Source: a bacterium | GTDB lineage: Bacteria > Calditrichota > Calditrichia > RBG-13-44-9 | DNA length: 64,000 bases | Reading direction: 5' to 3' | Assembly (NCBI GenBank): GCA_020350205.1 | Contig: CP070707.1 | Coordinates: 2,812,734-2,876,733 of the forward strand | Shown here: positions 1 through 9,812 of the stretch, piece by piece | Numbering within the stretch: the first letter of the stretch is position 1 | How the letters are laid out: each line of letters opens with the position of its first letter | The notes under the pieces: generated by a model | Database searches by the model: none | Told to the model about the DNA's origin: nothing | The model's input: the letters and a program-made list of their open reading frames with translations, nothing else | Position numbers and translations under genes: made by a program

Positions 1-738
1 TTCAAAATCATATAATGCTTCTGTACTGGGTGCTTTTACAACAATATCAAAATTTCGATTCCTTCCGCCGAAACACTTCATGAGGGTAGAAATAGGCACC
101 ATGACCTGCCGATCAAAATTGGGGCCTCCAAAAAAGCCGGCGCTGCCTAATTTTTCCATTACTCCCACCACCCGGAAATGATACCGGCCAATCTTAATCT
201 TCTTATTGATCGGGTCTACGTCTTTGAATAGACGGTCTTTTATCTCCCAACCGATGACACAGACCTGTTTTTTATACTGGACATCATTATCGATAATGAA
301 CCGTCCGTATTGGGGGGCTCCGGCCGACACCAGTACGTGATTTTCAGTTGTTCCGATGATCGTCACATTTTCCAGGACAGTTGAACGATATTTCAGGTTT
401 TGATTACTGAAGGTGCGTGTATTAACCGCTTTGGCCTCATGTAGCTGACGTTCCAATTTTTCGCCATCCCTCAGGGTCAGCTGGTTTCTATTCCTGAATT
501 GGAAAAAATTTCCCGAAAATACCCAGGGAGTTCGGGAAACATACAAAACATCTGAACCAATTACGGAGATACTTTCTTTAAAGCGGTTACCCAAACCGTT
601 TGCGGCGGTCATGGTTGTGACAACAGCGACAATGCCGATGATGATACCCAGGGTGGTCAGCATACCCCTCACCTTATTCGCTTTCACGGCACCATAAGCA
701 ATACTGAATGACTCTTTTATTTCGTGTAATGATTTCAT
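1..738 (-). CDS. ABC transporter permease, MacB/FtsX-like (partial, runs off the window start)
   Basis: Not in the ORF track. Hand translation from ATG at 738 gives MKSLHEIKESFSIAYGAVKANKVRGMLTTLGIIIGIVAVVTTM..., the typical MacB-type permease N-terminus. It lies directly downstream of the ABC ATPase. Confidence 0.9.
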   Translation of the reverse strand, partial: MKSLHEIKESFSIAYGAVKANKVRGMLTTLGIIIGIVAVVTTMTAANGLGNRFKESISVIGSDVLYVSRTPWVFSGNFFQFRNRNQLTLRDGEKLERQLHEAKAVNTRTFSNQNLKYRSTVLENVTIIGTTENHVLVSAGAPQYGRFIIDNDVQYKKQVCVIGWEIKDRLFKDVDPINKKIKIGRYHFRVVGVMEKLGSAGFFGGPNFDRQVMVPISTLMKCFGGRNRNFDIVVKAPSTEALYDFE

Positions 739-757
739 TTTTCAATAACTAATTAAA

Positions 758-1453
758 TTAAGCTGCAAAATGTTTATGATTCAACTCATCAGTTTCTACC
801 AATCCATCTTTAAGTTTGATAACCCGATTGGCATGCGCGGCGATATCATTTTCATGGGTTACCAGAATAATAGTATTCCCGGCTTGATGTAATTGATCGA
901 GGACCGACATGATTTCAGCACCGGTAGATGAATCCAGATTCCCGGTTGGTTCATCAGCCAGAATGATTGAAGGATTATTCACCAGAGCCCTCGCTATAGC
1001 CACACGTTGCCGTTGGCCGCCTGAAAGTTCACTGGGTTTGTGTTTCATGCGGTCAGTCAATCCGACTTTTTCAATGGCCTCTTCAGCCAATTTTTTTCGC
1101 ATGGAAGAGGAAATTCCGCTGTAAACCATGGGGAGTTCCACATTGTGAAAAACATCAGCCCTCGGGATCAGATTAAAGGTCTGAAAAACAAACCCAATTT
1201 TCTGATTTCGAATTTCAGCCAGTTGATCATCATTCATTTTACTGACGTCTGCTCCTTCCAGTAAATATGACCCCGCAGAGTGGGTATCCAGACATCCGAT
1301 AATGTTCATCAGGGTAGATTTTCCAGAACCGGAAGGACCCATAATCGCCAAGTATTCGTTTTTTAGTAAATTCACAGAGATACCGCGTAATGCTGCAACA
1401 ATTTCCGTTCCCATTTTATAATTTTTTGTGATTTCCTTAATTTCGAGTTGCAT
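758..1453 (-). CDS. ABC transporter ATP-binding protein (MacB/LolD family)
   Basis: Walker [10 protein letters not shown], signature [15 protein letters not shown], Walker [13 protein letters not shown]-loop VTHE. Confidence 0.95.
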   Translation of the reverse strand: MQLEIKEITKNYKMGTEIVAALRGISVNLLKNEYLAIMGPSGSGKSTLMNIIGCLDTHSAGSYLLEGADVSKMNDDQLAEIRNQKIGFVFQTFNLIPRADVFHNVELPMVYSGISSSMRKKLAEEAIEKVGLTDRMKHKPSELSGGQRQRVAIARALVNNPSIILADEPTGNLDSSTGAEIMSVLDQLHQAGNTIILVTHENDIAAHANRVIKLKDGLVETDELNHKHFAA

Positions 1454-1489
1454 GGAAATATCTCCACAGTTTAGAATAAGGGTTAATAT

Positions 1490-2758
1490 TTATTGTCTTG
1501 CCATTGCATTCTGGATTGTTATTTTCGAACCATTCCGCAGATCCTGGCTAATAGCACGATAATTGCCAGTAACAATTTCATCGTCCTCTTTTAATCCATC
1601 TTTTATTTCAATCAGAGTCTCACTCTGAATTCCGGTCACAACCTGTTTGGCAATAACACTTTTATCATCAACCACAAAGACAACCTCAACAAAACCATCC
1701 TTATCCGGGGTATAGGTGAGCGAGGCCGAATCATCTGCGATGGCGACATCGCCTTCGCCGGATGGTTCCATTTTTTTCAACTGGGCGGGTGTCCGCACCG
1801 CCACACTCTGGATAGGAATTGCCAGTGCATCTTCCTGGATATCGGTAATGATATCACTGCTGGCGGTCATTCCGGGTCTGAGTTGATCTCCCGGATTAAT
1901 AATCGTGATTTCCACCTCAAAATCAGTTTTCTGATCCACCGATCCCTGACCGGATATCTTGGCACTGCTGGCTATTTCGGTTACCACGCCGGTATAGACC
2001 AGATCTGGCAGAGCATCCACCTCAATCTTGGCACTGTCCCCTAACGCCACCGAGACAATGTCATTTTCATCCACGTCCACCAGGGCTTCCATTCCCCCCA
2101 AATCGGAGATAATGAGAATCACATCTTCCTGAAATTGTGATCCCAGGGCAATCTCTCCCACTTCCTTATTCAGGCTGCTGATGGTTCCCGCCATGGGTGC
2201 ATAGATAGTTGTTTTGGAAAGATCGTCCTGTGCTTGTTTCAGGAGAGCCCGCGCCTGCTCTACTAATTCAAGTGCAGATTGATGACGGGCTTTTTCCACC
2301 TGGTATGCCGCATGCATCTGATCCAGCGTGGCCTGTGATTCCAGATTCCGATCGAATAAACCGCGGGTACGCTCATAGTCTTTTTCTACTCTCAGCATAT
2401 TCTCTTTCGCCAAACGGGCATCTGCCTCTGCAGAACGCACATTCGCTTCGGATCTTTCCACTACCGCCAGAAATTTTTCCCGATCCAGCTGCACTAAAAA
2501 TTGTCCTTTCTCAACCCAATCTCCCTCTTCAACTTCTAGTTGAGTAATTTTGGCAGCTACATCGGCGCTGATTTTAACCTGGGTTTTGGGCTGAATACGA
2601 CCGGTTGCACTTACTGTTTCCACTACCCGTTGTTTTTCAACTTTGGCTGTCTGAACTTGAATTACATTATCACCGCCGTTACGGGAAACAAGCGCAGCAA
2701 CAATTACAATGAGAAATACCAGCGTAATCGATATGATTAATATTCTTTTCTTAGACAT
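1490..2758 (-). CDS. Efflux membrane-fusion (periplasmic adaptor) protein, MacA/HlyD family
   Basis: N-terminal TM anchor, lipoyl-like V.EGDWVEKGQ.L, coiled-coil hairpin, IYAPMAG, LRPGMTA; in an operon with the ABC ATPase and permease. Confidence 0.92.
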   Translation of the reverse strand: MSKKRILIISITLVFLIVIVAALVSRNGGDNVIQVQTAKVEKQRVVETVSATGRIQPKTQVKISADVAAKITQLEVEEGDWVEKGQFLVQLDREKFLAVVERSEANVRSAEADARLAKENMLRVEKDYERTRGLFDRNLESQATLDQMHAAYQVEKARHQSALELVEQARALLKQAQDDLSKTTIYAPMAGTISSLNKEVGEIALGSQFQEDVILIISDLGGMEALVDVDENDIVSVALGDSAKIEVDALPDLVYTGVVTEIASSAKISGQGSVDQKTDFEVEITIINPGDQLRPGMTASSDIITDIQEDALAIPIQSVAVRTPAQLKKMEPSGEGDVAIADDSASLTYTPDKDGFVEVVFVVDDKSVIAKQVVTGIQSETLIEIKDGLKEDDEIVTGNYRAISQDLRNGSKITIQNAMARQ

Positions 2759-3231
2759 GACCTGATCTTCTCCACTTTTTTATTAAAACACTTTTCATTT
2801 AAGTCAATTCCTGAATGTTCGATTTTTTTAGAGATTTAACAGATGACACTTCCAATTACGAAGTAACTTTAAGAATGTTACAGCAATTCATAATTATTTT
2901 AGTCAGGTTACCCATCCTAATGAATGAATCATGTCAAGCCGCAGAGTCACGGTCCACGAATTTCCTCTGAACGACACTCAGCTATGTTCATTCTTTGGTT
3001 AGAAGCAAATCATGTTTACAATTCAGCTTGAATAAAATGCTTATTCTTATTCTTGGTGTATTTGCATCTTAACCAATCCTCCCGGCATCGGAAAAAGAAT
3101 ATCTGTCTCTCCTGGTGGTTAATTTCAAAATTTGTTGAAGAAATTTGTGATAAAAGAAAAATTGAGGATGGTTGAAACTGATTACATTTTATTGTATCTT
3201 AAAGAAAACACGCGTGAATAATTTCTTAAAA

Positions 3232-3744
3232 ATGACAAATCCCTTGCACCGATTATTTTCAACATATTTAGCTGTGGCCACTTTTTTACTGTTTTTTGCT
3301 CTATCCGGATGCGGGATAAAGGACCAACTCAAAAAAACGCCTGATTTTTCTCCGGCAAATTTACCAGAAGCCCATTATATCTACGAAGATAATTTACTAA
3401 CCCTGGCAGCCCGGATTCGCAAGGCAGATATCGCAGGAGGGTATGAATATGAATTTCTCATTTCAAATAAGGGTATTACCCCTATACCCCTGGATTATTA
3501 CGGCGATATTTTAACCATCAGTTATATGGGTAAAATTTTTTCCTCACGAAAACTGCTTAAATTTAATGAATATCCGAGGAGTCTGGAATCTGGGCAATAT
3601 TTGGTAATCCCTTGTCATATCGATGGGATCTTCAGTCAATCGGTGTATGATATTGAAAAATTAATCTTCAAACTTGGCGAACGGAGGTATACTTTATCCA
3701 GAAATCCCGGGGCCTTGTGGAAGGATAAGGATACTGTCTTGTAA
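3232..3744 (+). CDS. Hypothetical lipoprotein
   Basis: ORF track 3172-3744; ATG at 3232 preferred because it gives a signal peptide ending in the lipobox LSGC. Confidence 0.6.
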   Translation: MTNPLHRLFSTYLAVATFLLFFALSGCGIKDQLKKTPDFSPANLPEAHYIYEDNLLTLAARIRKADIAGGYEYEFLISNKGITPIPLDYYGDILTISYMGKIFSSRKLLKFNEYPRSLESGQYLVIPCHIDGIFSQSVYDIEKLIFKLGERRYTLSRNPGALWKDKDTVL

Positions 3745-3785
3745 TATTTTTTTCTGATTGCTAATTCGAAATATTTATCCCTTTA

Positions 3786-4436
3786 TCAAATTGGCCAGAC
3801 TTCTTTTTTGGCCGCCATATCCCAGAACAGAAATTCATATCTGGCTGTTTGCCTGAATATGTTGGAATAAATTTTCAACTGGGTTTCACTTTGTCCTTGA
3901 ACAAGTTCATCCAGCGTCATCGCCAACCAGTCTACATACTGCACGAATCCTTCACTGGTCCAGTTATCGATAAATTCCTGCCAGGGACTGCTTCCGTTCA
4001 TACCCTTCTTGACTGCCATCCAGGAATCCAGATAAACCTTCTCTGCAGCATAAAGTACTGTAAACCCTTCCTCAAAACTGCCATTGTAAGCAGTATTCAT
4101 AAGAAATTGAATATAGGCATGACAGGTCGGTGAAGGTTGGATGTTTCCCAGATCAACCCCGTGCTTTTGGGCATTGTTGCGAAACAATTCCAATTCCTTA
4201 TCCAGTCCGACCATTATCTGTATAAAATTAGAGCGCAGCGCAAGCGGTGCTTTGGCCAGTAACACGGCAATAAACGGGATAGCTTCACGCACAAATATAA
4301 AATCCTGCTGAATCCAGGTTTTAAACGTATCGGTTTCAATCGTTCCTTCAGCGGTCTTAACCAAAAAAGGATGCTTTAAAATGGCCGACCAGATTTTTTC
4401 AGATTCATGTAACAGCTTTTCATGATAACGCTTCAT
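3786..4436 (-). CDS. tenA: TenA family protein (thiaminase II / TENA_THI-4)
   Basis: W..ILKHPFL, F.TWIQQD.IFV, PSPTCHAYIQFL, WIDNW-like FIDNWTS, and E..FWDMA motifs. Confidence 0.85.
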   Translation of the reverse strand: MKRYHEKLLHESEKIWSAILKHPFLVKTAEGTIETDTFKTWIQQDFIFVREAIPFIAVLLAKAPLALRSNFIQIMVGLDKELELFRNNAQKHGVDLGNIQPSPTCHAYIQFLMNTAYNGSFEEGFTVLYAAEKVYLDSWMAVKKGMNGSSPWQEFIDNWTSEGFVQYVDWLAMTLDELVQGQSETQLKIYSNIFRQTARYEFLFWDMAAKKEVWPI

Positions 4437-4601
4437 TGCAAAAATCCCTTGTTATATACCTCCCAATATACTCATTAGAATAACATGATATACCATGAAA
4501 GATTACAGGTCAGTATATTTTTAACGGTCGCGGATCCGATTACGAGATTGCTGAGTAAAGCTTCTCTCCGCCGCTGATCCAATATTCATGCAATTTGACC
4601 G

Positions 4602-5204
4602 TCACTCCTGGGGAGCAACATATTCTACCATCACCTTCATCGCGGTATAACTAACTGTATCAAATATTTCCTGTACGGAACGGGTATAATCCGAGTTATG
4701 GCTCATAATCGCATTCTTAATCATAAATACATTGAAATCCAGATCCTTGCCACCATAATAGGTCGCCAGAACACAGCCCACCGCACTCAACCCACACAGA
4801 AAAAGAGTATTGCATTCTTTTTCTCGCAGTATTTTCTCCAGGTCGGTCTTCTTGAAAGAGCTGGGATAGTTCTTAATTACCATCGGATCATCATCTTGAA
4901 TAGGGACTGATTCCGGAAACTGAAAACCATCCGAATCCGGTGCAGGGCCCCATTGAGGGTCAGTGTTATATACCCGAACGATGGGAAAACCCTGTTCCCG
5001 AAACAGATGGATGGCAGCATTGATCATTTGCAGTCCCAATTCCTTTTCTCGTTCAGGAATGTAGGGCAAATACTCTTTCTGAATATCAATCACCAACAGG
5101 CAGGGCTTCAATCGCTTGTCAGTCTCTGTATCCCGCTGTTCAGATTGAGAGAATGCCAAAGACAACATGAGGGTTAAACCGAGGATAAAAGGTATTACTT
5201 TCAT
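4602..5204 (-). CDS. Isochorismatase-family cysteine hydrolase with an N-terminal signal peptide
   Basis: LLVIDIQ (Asp), VIKNYPSSF (Lys) and CGLSAVGCV (Cys) triad; hydrophobic N-terminus MKVIPFILGLTLMLSLAFS. Confidence 0.85.
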   Translation of the reverse strand: MKVIPFILGLTLMLSLAFSQSEQRDTETDKRLKPCLLVIDIQKEYLPYIPEREKELGLQMINAAIHLFREQGFPIVRVYNTDPQWGPAPDSDGFQFPESVPIQDDDPMVIKNYPSSFKKTDLEKILREKECNTLFLCGLSAVGCVLATYYGGKDLDFNVFMIKNAIMSHNSDYTRSVQEIFDTVSYTAMKVMVEYVAPQE

Positions 5205-5276
5205 GGGTATCCTTTAAATTAAGTTTGGTTAAAATAAAATAGTTCGAATGATGTTTAAAGTTGACCGATATGACCA

Positions 5277-5870
5277 TCAAAAATTTTTACCCAGCTGATA
5301 GGCTTTTAACAAATTCGGGTGTCTGTAGGTATCATCGTTTGGCATGATACCCCCCAGAATCACCATTTCTGCTTTCTTTACTCCCACACCCAGCAAGCGG
5401 TCATTCAGCATAATCTTGCGCATACTGTCGGCAATACCGGTTTCTTCGAGATGTTTCTCGGTATGTCCCGCCGAGCAGATGACCAGGGCTTTTTTAATCT
5501 GGATTTGGGTAACATGCTGATCGTTTTCATCATAATCATAGGCATAGCCATAGGTCAACACCCGATCAAACCAGCCCTTCAGCTTGGCCGGGCAATCACT
5601 CCACCATAGCGGGTATATGAATACCAGCGCATCTGCCCGGTTTATTTTCTCCTGTTCACGTTTTACATCCTCTGGCACAGGCACCGAAGGATCCATACCA
5701 ATTTCACGCTGATATTGAGCTTCATTCATTTCGGACACAAACTTCATTTGATAGAGGTCGCCTATTTCGAAGCGGTGGCCAGCTTCAGTCAATCCCTGCG
5801 TGAAAGCATCCAGAACCAGTTTACTGTAAGATTTCTGACTGGGGTGGGCGAAAAGGATGTAAACCTGCAT
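5277..5870 (-). CDS. NAD(P)H-dependent oxidoreductase, flavodoxin-like fold (KefF/MdaB-like)
   Basis: AHPSQKS, DLYQMKF, ADALVFIYPLWWSDCPAKLKGWFDRV motifs. Confidence 0.9.
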   Translation of the reverse strand: MQVYILFAHPSQKSYSKLVLDAFTQGLTEAGHRFEIGDLYQMKFVSEMNEAQYQREIGMDPSVPVPEDVKREQEKINRADALVFIYPLWWSDCPAKLKGWFDRVLTYGYAYDYDENDQHVTQIQIKKALVICSAGHTEKHLEETGIADSMRKIMLNDRLLGVGVKKAEMVILGGIMPNDDTYRHPNLLKAYQLGKNF

Positions 5871-6265
5871 TTTGATTCACTCGCTTTCTTTTCTGATAAT
5901 TTCCGACTATTAAAACGAATTAGAGAGGCCATTGTTACAGGTATTTCTAAATATTTTACGGAATCAACTTTAAATTAGTAAAGCAGATTACATATGAATC
6001 AGGCCGGTAATAATATATCTCAATCATAAATATTTCGATTCACTGGCGATTTAATTTCTTGCGAAGCGCTAAGAATCCTCCCTCTAAACATAGCTTCTGG
6101 TTGATTAGGTCTATTTTCTGCATAGAAAAAATACAGGACCCCGCAAGATGAGTTGCATCTGGGATTGATTTTTTTCCCGTTAAAAATTCTCATCCCCATG
6201 TATTTTCTTTAATAATCTGTCTGTTGGTAAGACTGGGGGATTTGGGGAATGTTCTATCATAGCTC

Positions 6266-6554
6266 TCATAATGTTTCCCCTTTATGATAGCTCATGAAAA
6301 GCAACCGTTATGCATCAGCTGCTTCTGACAAATTCAGGAATGGTGAAAATATTGGGTGAGTCCAGGATGTACGCTGCCTGGTTTTCGTGGATAAATCTTT
6401 CCTCGGCCTCCGGATGACTGGTCAGTTCCTGTGGGAGAAATTTCAGGGCCACAGTGCGTTTAAGTTTGGTGTCTTCGGCTTTGTAAACGACTCCCATTCC
6501 ACCTGCGCCGAGTTTTTCAATAATTTTATAATGTGAAATGGTTTTACCGATCAT
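6266..6554 (-). pseudogene. Decayed Ser/Thr protein kinase, N-lobe remnant
   Basis: [41 protein letters not shown] (Gly loop, VAxK) stops at 6315. After a frameshift the sequence reads ...A*RLLFMSYHKGETL* to 6266, matching the kinase hinge region. No C-lobe follows. Confidence 0.85.
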
Positions 6555-6653
6555 GTGTTTCTATGATATTTTAAATCAGCTAAATTTCTCGCTTGTATCA
6601 GAATGAGATCAATCTTAAACAAACTGTTTATTCATAACGAGGTGAATCATTCA

Positions 6654-8471
6654 TTATTTTATTTTGTACAAAATGTCTATACTGTATTCATTGGCTTTTA
6701 TCTCATTTTCTTCTTTGTACAATTTAATATAGCGAACATAGATTTTGACCCTGAGTTTCTGGTTCTCATCGTACAGCATCATTTTGTGAGGTAATATGTT
6801 GTTTGTGTTGTAGTGACCATAATCAGCCATAAGTTGAGTCATTAGCGGAAGTAAATCGATCTGCAGAGAATCGAGTAACTTCTCTTCCCGGGATACTACA
6901 AATGTGATGGTATCTAATTTTGAATTAACCCAATAAGAAAGCAACAGATCGGTAGAGACCGTTTTATTCCGGTCAATGCGGAAATATTTCTGGCGTATCA
7001 TCCGATCATATCCCTCTACCTCTATTACTGCCGCATGGTCTGAATCAAACCTTATCGTATTTCCGGAAGAACGATACCAGCTTTTAATATATTCAACCCC
7101 CATGAGCTGAGCTACCATTGCCGGTTCCTTGGGCTGAGATCGTTCTCCCAGTGAATCCTCTTTTAAACTTTCCCGAAACCAGTCTTGTATCCGGCCATAG
7201 CCATGATTATCATATAAATAGGAGAGGATTGAGCTGATCTGGCGGGAATCATCCTGCGAGATGGCTGCGGATGCTTTTTGAATTTTCCCATTCAGCAGGA
7301 TTTTATTATTCAACAAAAATTCCTGAAGTCGCTGAACCTGACTTTTTTCAGAGACCGTGAACGCACCCCATGGGCCAAAGGATATGAGCAAAGCCAACGC
7401 AAATAAGGATATCGGAATGATTTTTATACTTTTAGGACGACTCAGGATAAAATAGATTACGATCCCCCCCAGCCAGAGTCCGAGTGCCAATCCGATATAC
7501 CGCCCCTCGGTCATGCCATATTCTGAAATTCTTCTCCAGAGTGCCAGCAGCAGCATGATGACCAAAGGGATCATAACAACATAAAACCACCGTGATGCTT
7601 TTTTTATCCATAAGTTTTCTTCCCGGTCACGGATGGGATAAAGCAATAGAAGTGAAAAAATACCGGTTGTAGAAAATCCCAGAATCAGTCTGCCAACCCA
7701 GCCTTGCGGCCAATTCCAGGATATCAAAATTTTAGCCATGTAGGAATAAAGTATAATCAGATAAACCAGTACCAATGGAAAAAGGATGTATTGGGCAAAA
7801 ATTTTAATTCCTTTTGGATAGTCAACCGAGTCTTCTAGCGGGTCCAGGTTTTTGGGTATACCTGCCAGGAAAGACCAGGTATTAAACAGGCCGAGGAGTA
7901 TGAACCATAATTGACCATAACGCTTCCCGGGAACATTTATTCCAAACAGATTATCCAGTGCTGCTAGGGCGAGAGATAAACCGGCATAGAGTACGACTGT
8001 ATAAACTAAAGTGGTAAGAATGCGAATTAATAACGTTTTATTATAGTGCCAGAATCCATTGACTTCACCGCGAGTCGAATAGGGAGCAAACGCTACAAAA
8101 AGGTGTAAGGCCACAGCAATGAATATCATGCGCAGAATATGGATAGCTGGAGCTTCTGCCAGGTTAGCTGGAACCGTGGAGCCGTATGCCACCAGCAGGA
8201 CTACACCAATGCCTTGAAGCATCACCGCCAGTCCTTTTCCCCATTTCTTTTTCTCGGAGAGGAGTGCAACACCAAGTAATAGAGGAACGCCGAGTATGGT
8301 GGACAGTAAGATTTTGAAAAAAACAGTTGCTTCGGCCGGACCTTCGTGATCAATCAGGATCACGACGGAGATAGTACCAATTGCCGCATTGATTAAAACA
8401 ACTGGAAAACGTTTGAATGTGAGAATGGCCTCCTGCAAAACCTGTTGCAAAGATGGCAATTTCATGATCAC
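6654..8471 (-). CDS. DUF4153-like polytopic membrane protein
   Basis: About 10 TM segments, motif RISEYGMTEGRY, and a soluble C-terminal domain, as typical of DUF4153. Confidence 0.75.
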   Translation of the reverse strand: MIMKLPSLQQVLQEAILTFKRFPVVLINAAIGTISVVILIDHEGPAEATVFFKILLSTILGVPLLLGVALLSEKKKWGKGLAVMLQGIGVVLLVAYGSTVPANLAEAPAIHILRMIFIAVALHLFVAFAPYSTRGEVNGFWHYNKTLLIRILTTLVYTVVLYAGLSLALAALDNLFGINVPGKRYGQLWFILLGLFNTWSFLAGIPKNLDPLEDSVDYPKGIKIFAQYILFPLVLVYLIILYSYMAKILISWNWPQGWVGRLILGFSTTGIFSLLLLYPIRDREENLWIKKASRWFYVVMIPLVIMLLLALWRRISEYGMTEGRYIGLALGLWLGGIVIYFILSRPKSIKIIPISLFALALLISFGPWGAFTVSEKSQVQRLQEFLLNNKILLNGKIQKASAAISQDDSRQISSILSYLYDNHGYGRIQDWFRESLKEDSLGERSQPKEPAMVAQLMGVEYIKSWYRSSGNTIRFDSDHAAVIEVEGYDRMIRQKYFRIDRNKTVSTDLLLSYWVNSKLDTITFVVSREEKLLDSLQIDLLPLMTQLMADYGHYNTNNILPHKMMLYDENQKLRVKIYVRYIKLYKEENEIKANEYSIDILYKIK

Positions 8472-8668
8472 CTCGATTTATTTAGTTCGTCATGCATAGC
8501 TCTTGGTTTTTTCGTCCGGTTTTGAATACCATATTCCGATATAACACCATTTTATTCAAAAATCTCGTCATACGATATCGCTTTGCCAATTATAATATAC
8601 TACTTTTGTTTTTTTGCAAATTCCCACCAAGGGTCACCCAAAAGCTTCCGTCTATTCTGAGGCTCACA

Positions 8669-9145
8669 TATGTGGGCAGGCTTAATATCCCAATGAATGA
8701 TCATCTCTCAGTGGATTTAGACTAATATTTCCCCAAATTAAATAGCGATATCAATTATCTCTTCAACTGATGGAGATGAACATCCCTCTGTATTCCCCTG
8801 CGAAGGCCTGCCTGCCGGCAAGGCAGGGGCAATTAGGGGATTGTACTTTAATTTCTCTTTTCGCGTCAAACCTTCATAACAATTTATCACGATAAATAAA
8901 TGACCTTTGGGTGTTGCATCGAGGTCGTGAATGGCGCAAATATTATAGCGTTGTAGTACAGATGCAGCCTGGGCTTTGTGGATAAATCTTTCCTTGGCTT
9001 CCGGATCGCGGGTGAGTTCCGGGGGGAGGAATTTGAGGGCAACAGTGCGTTTTAGCTTGGTATCTTCGGCTTTGTATACCGATCCCATACCTCCCTCGCC
9101 AAGCTTTTCGAGGATTCGATAATGAGATATGGTTGTGCCGATCAT
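8669..9145 (-). pseudogene. Decayed Ser/Thr protein kinase
   Basis: [42 protein letters not shown]. Reading in frame past the stop at 8738 gives I*FGEILV*IH*EMIIHWDIKPAHI, i.e. three in-frame stops and a mutated HRDIKPAN catalytic loop. Confidence 0.88.
8782..8841. repeat. 60-bp REP-like hairpin containing a nested 21-bp palindrome, inserted in frame in the kinase pseudogene
   Basis: ATCCCTCTGTATTCCCCTGCGAAGG[CCTGCCTGCCGGCAAGGCAGG]GGCAATTAGGGGAT. The inner near-palindrome is at 8807-8827 and encodes PALPAGR on the minus strand. Confidence 0.7.
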
Positions 9146-9341
9146 TTTAACATCTGCCCATAAGTAAAGTTTAACAGGATTCCCAGACCCAAGGAAATCC
9201 GTTACATTATTGCCTAGCAGATGCGTGCGTAATACCAGCTCGTTATAATCAAATATACAGTATTAAATTATTTATTTCAAATCTTTAAACGATGGTAAAT
9301 CCTTCGTTTAAAAAATTTATGTTATAAGATAGTAAATGGTA

Positions 9342-9554
9342 TTATTCCTTCACCGGCAAGACATGAACTGCTTTGATAACCAAATGCACCTCATCTCCCA
9401 CTTTGAGATTCATATGTTCCACCGACTCAGTGGTGAGAACCGACCCCATTTCAGCAGGCACATGAACATCAAACTTTACCAGTGACATAACATCCCCGGT
9501 CTTGATTGATTTTACCTTAGCAGTAACCTTATTGCGCGCACCATATTTCATCAT
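9342..9554 (-). CDS. Stand-alone TOBE/Mop domain protein (molybdate-binding molbindin-like)
   Basis: YGARNKVTAKVKSIKTG ... SVLTTESVEHMNLKVGDEVHLVIKA matches the Mop/TOBE pattern. Confidence 0.88.
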   Translation of the reverse strand: MMKYGARNKVTAKVKSIKTGDVMSLVKFDVHVPAEMGSVLTTESVEHMNLKVGDEVHLVIKAVHVLPVKE

Positions 9555-9645
9555 TAACTTCTTTCCCGTTTATTTTGATTCTGAATTCAACTATTTTAGT
9601 TATCCTATTTACTGTATGTTTCACTTGCTTGCATGCATTTATTTC

Positions 9646-9774
9646 TGACAGGATAAACAGGATTAACCTTAAAAAATAAGATAAATTGAAACTATTAGGT
9701 TTAGTCCTAATGGAATTAATAATTTTCCATCCCTCAAAACTTGAAGGAGAAAAACTCATCCGGTTATCCTGTCA
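9646..9774. repeat. Miniature inverted-repeat element (about 129 bp)
   Basis: Left end TGACAGGATAAACAGGAT (9646-9663) and right end ATCCGGTTATCCTGTCA (9758-9774) are near reverse complements around an AT-rich core. Confidence 0.65.
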
Positions 9775-9812
9775 AATTTATATTCGAAAGCATTTAGAAG
9801 GCTCATTCAACA

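Noticed and set aside
4437-4600. TPP riboswitch upstream of tenA
   Set aside because: No GCTGAGA / ACCTG core in the correct orientation on the minus strand.
9205-9250. attC-like site (GCCTAGC...GTTATAA)
   Set aside because: Too short (about 37 bp), imperfect core sites, and no integron integrase or cassette array.
9529-9759. 76-aa ORF upstream of the TOBE gene
   Set aside because: Overlaps the inverted-repeat element and the TOBE start; no protein-like features.
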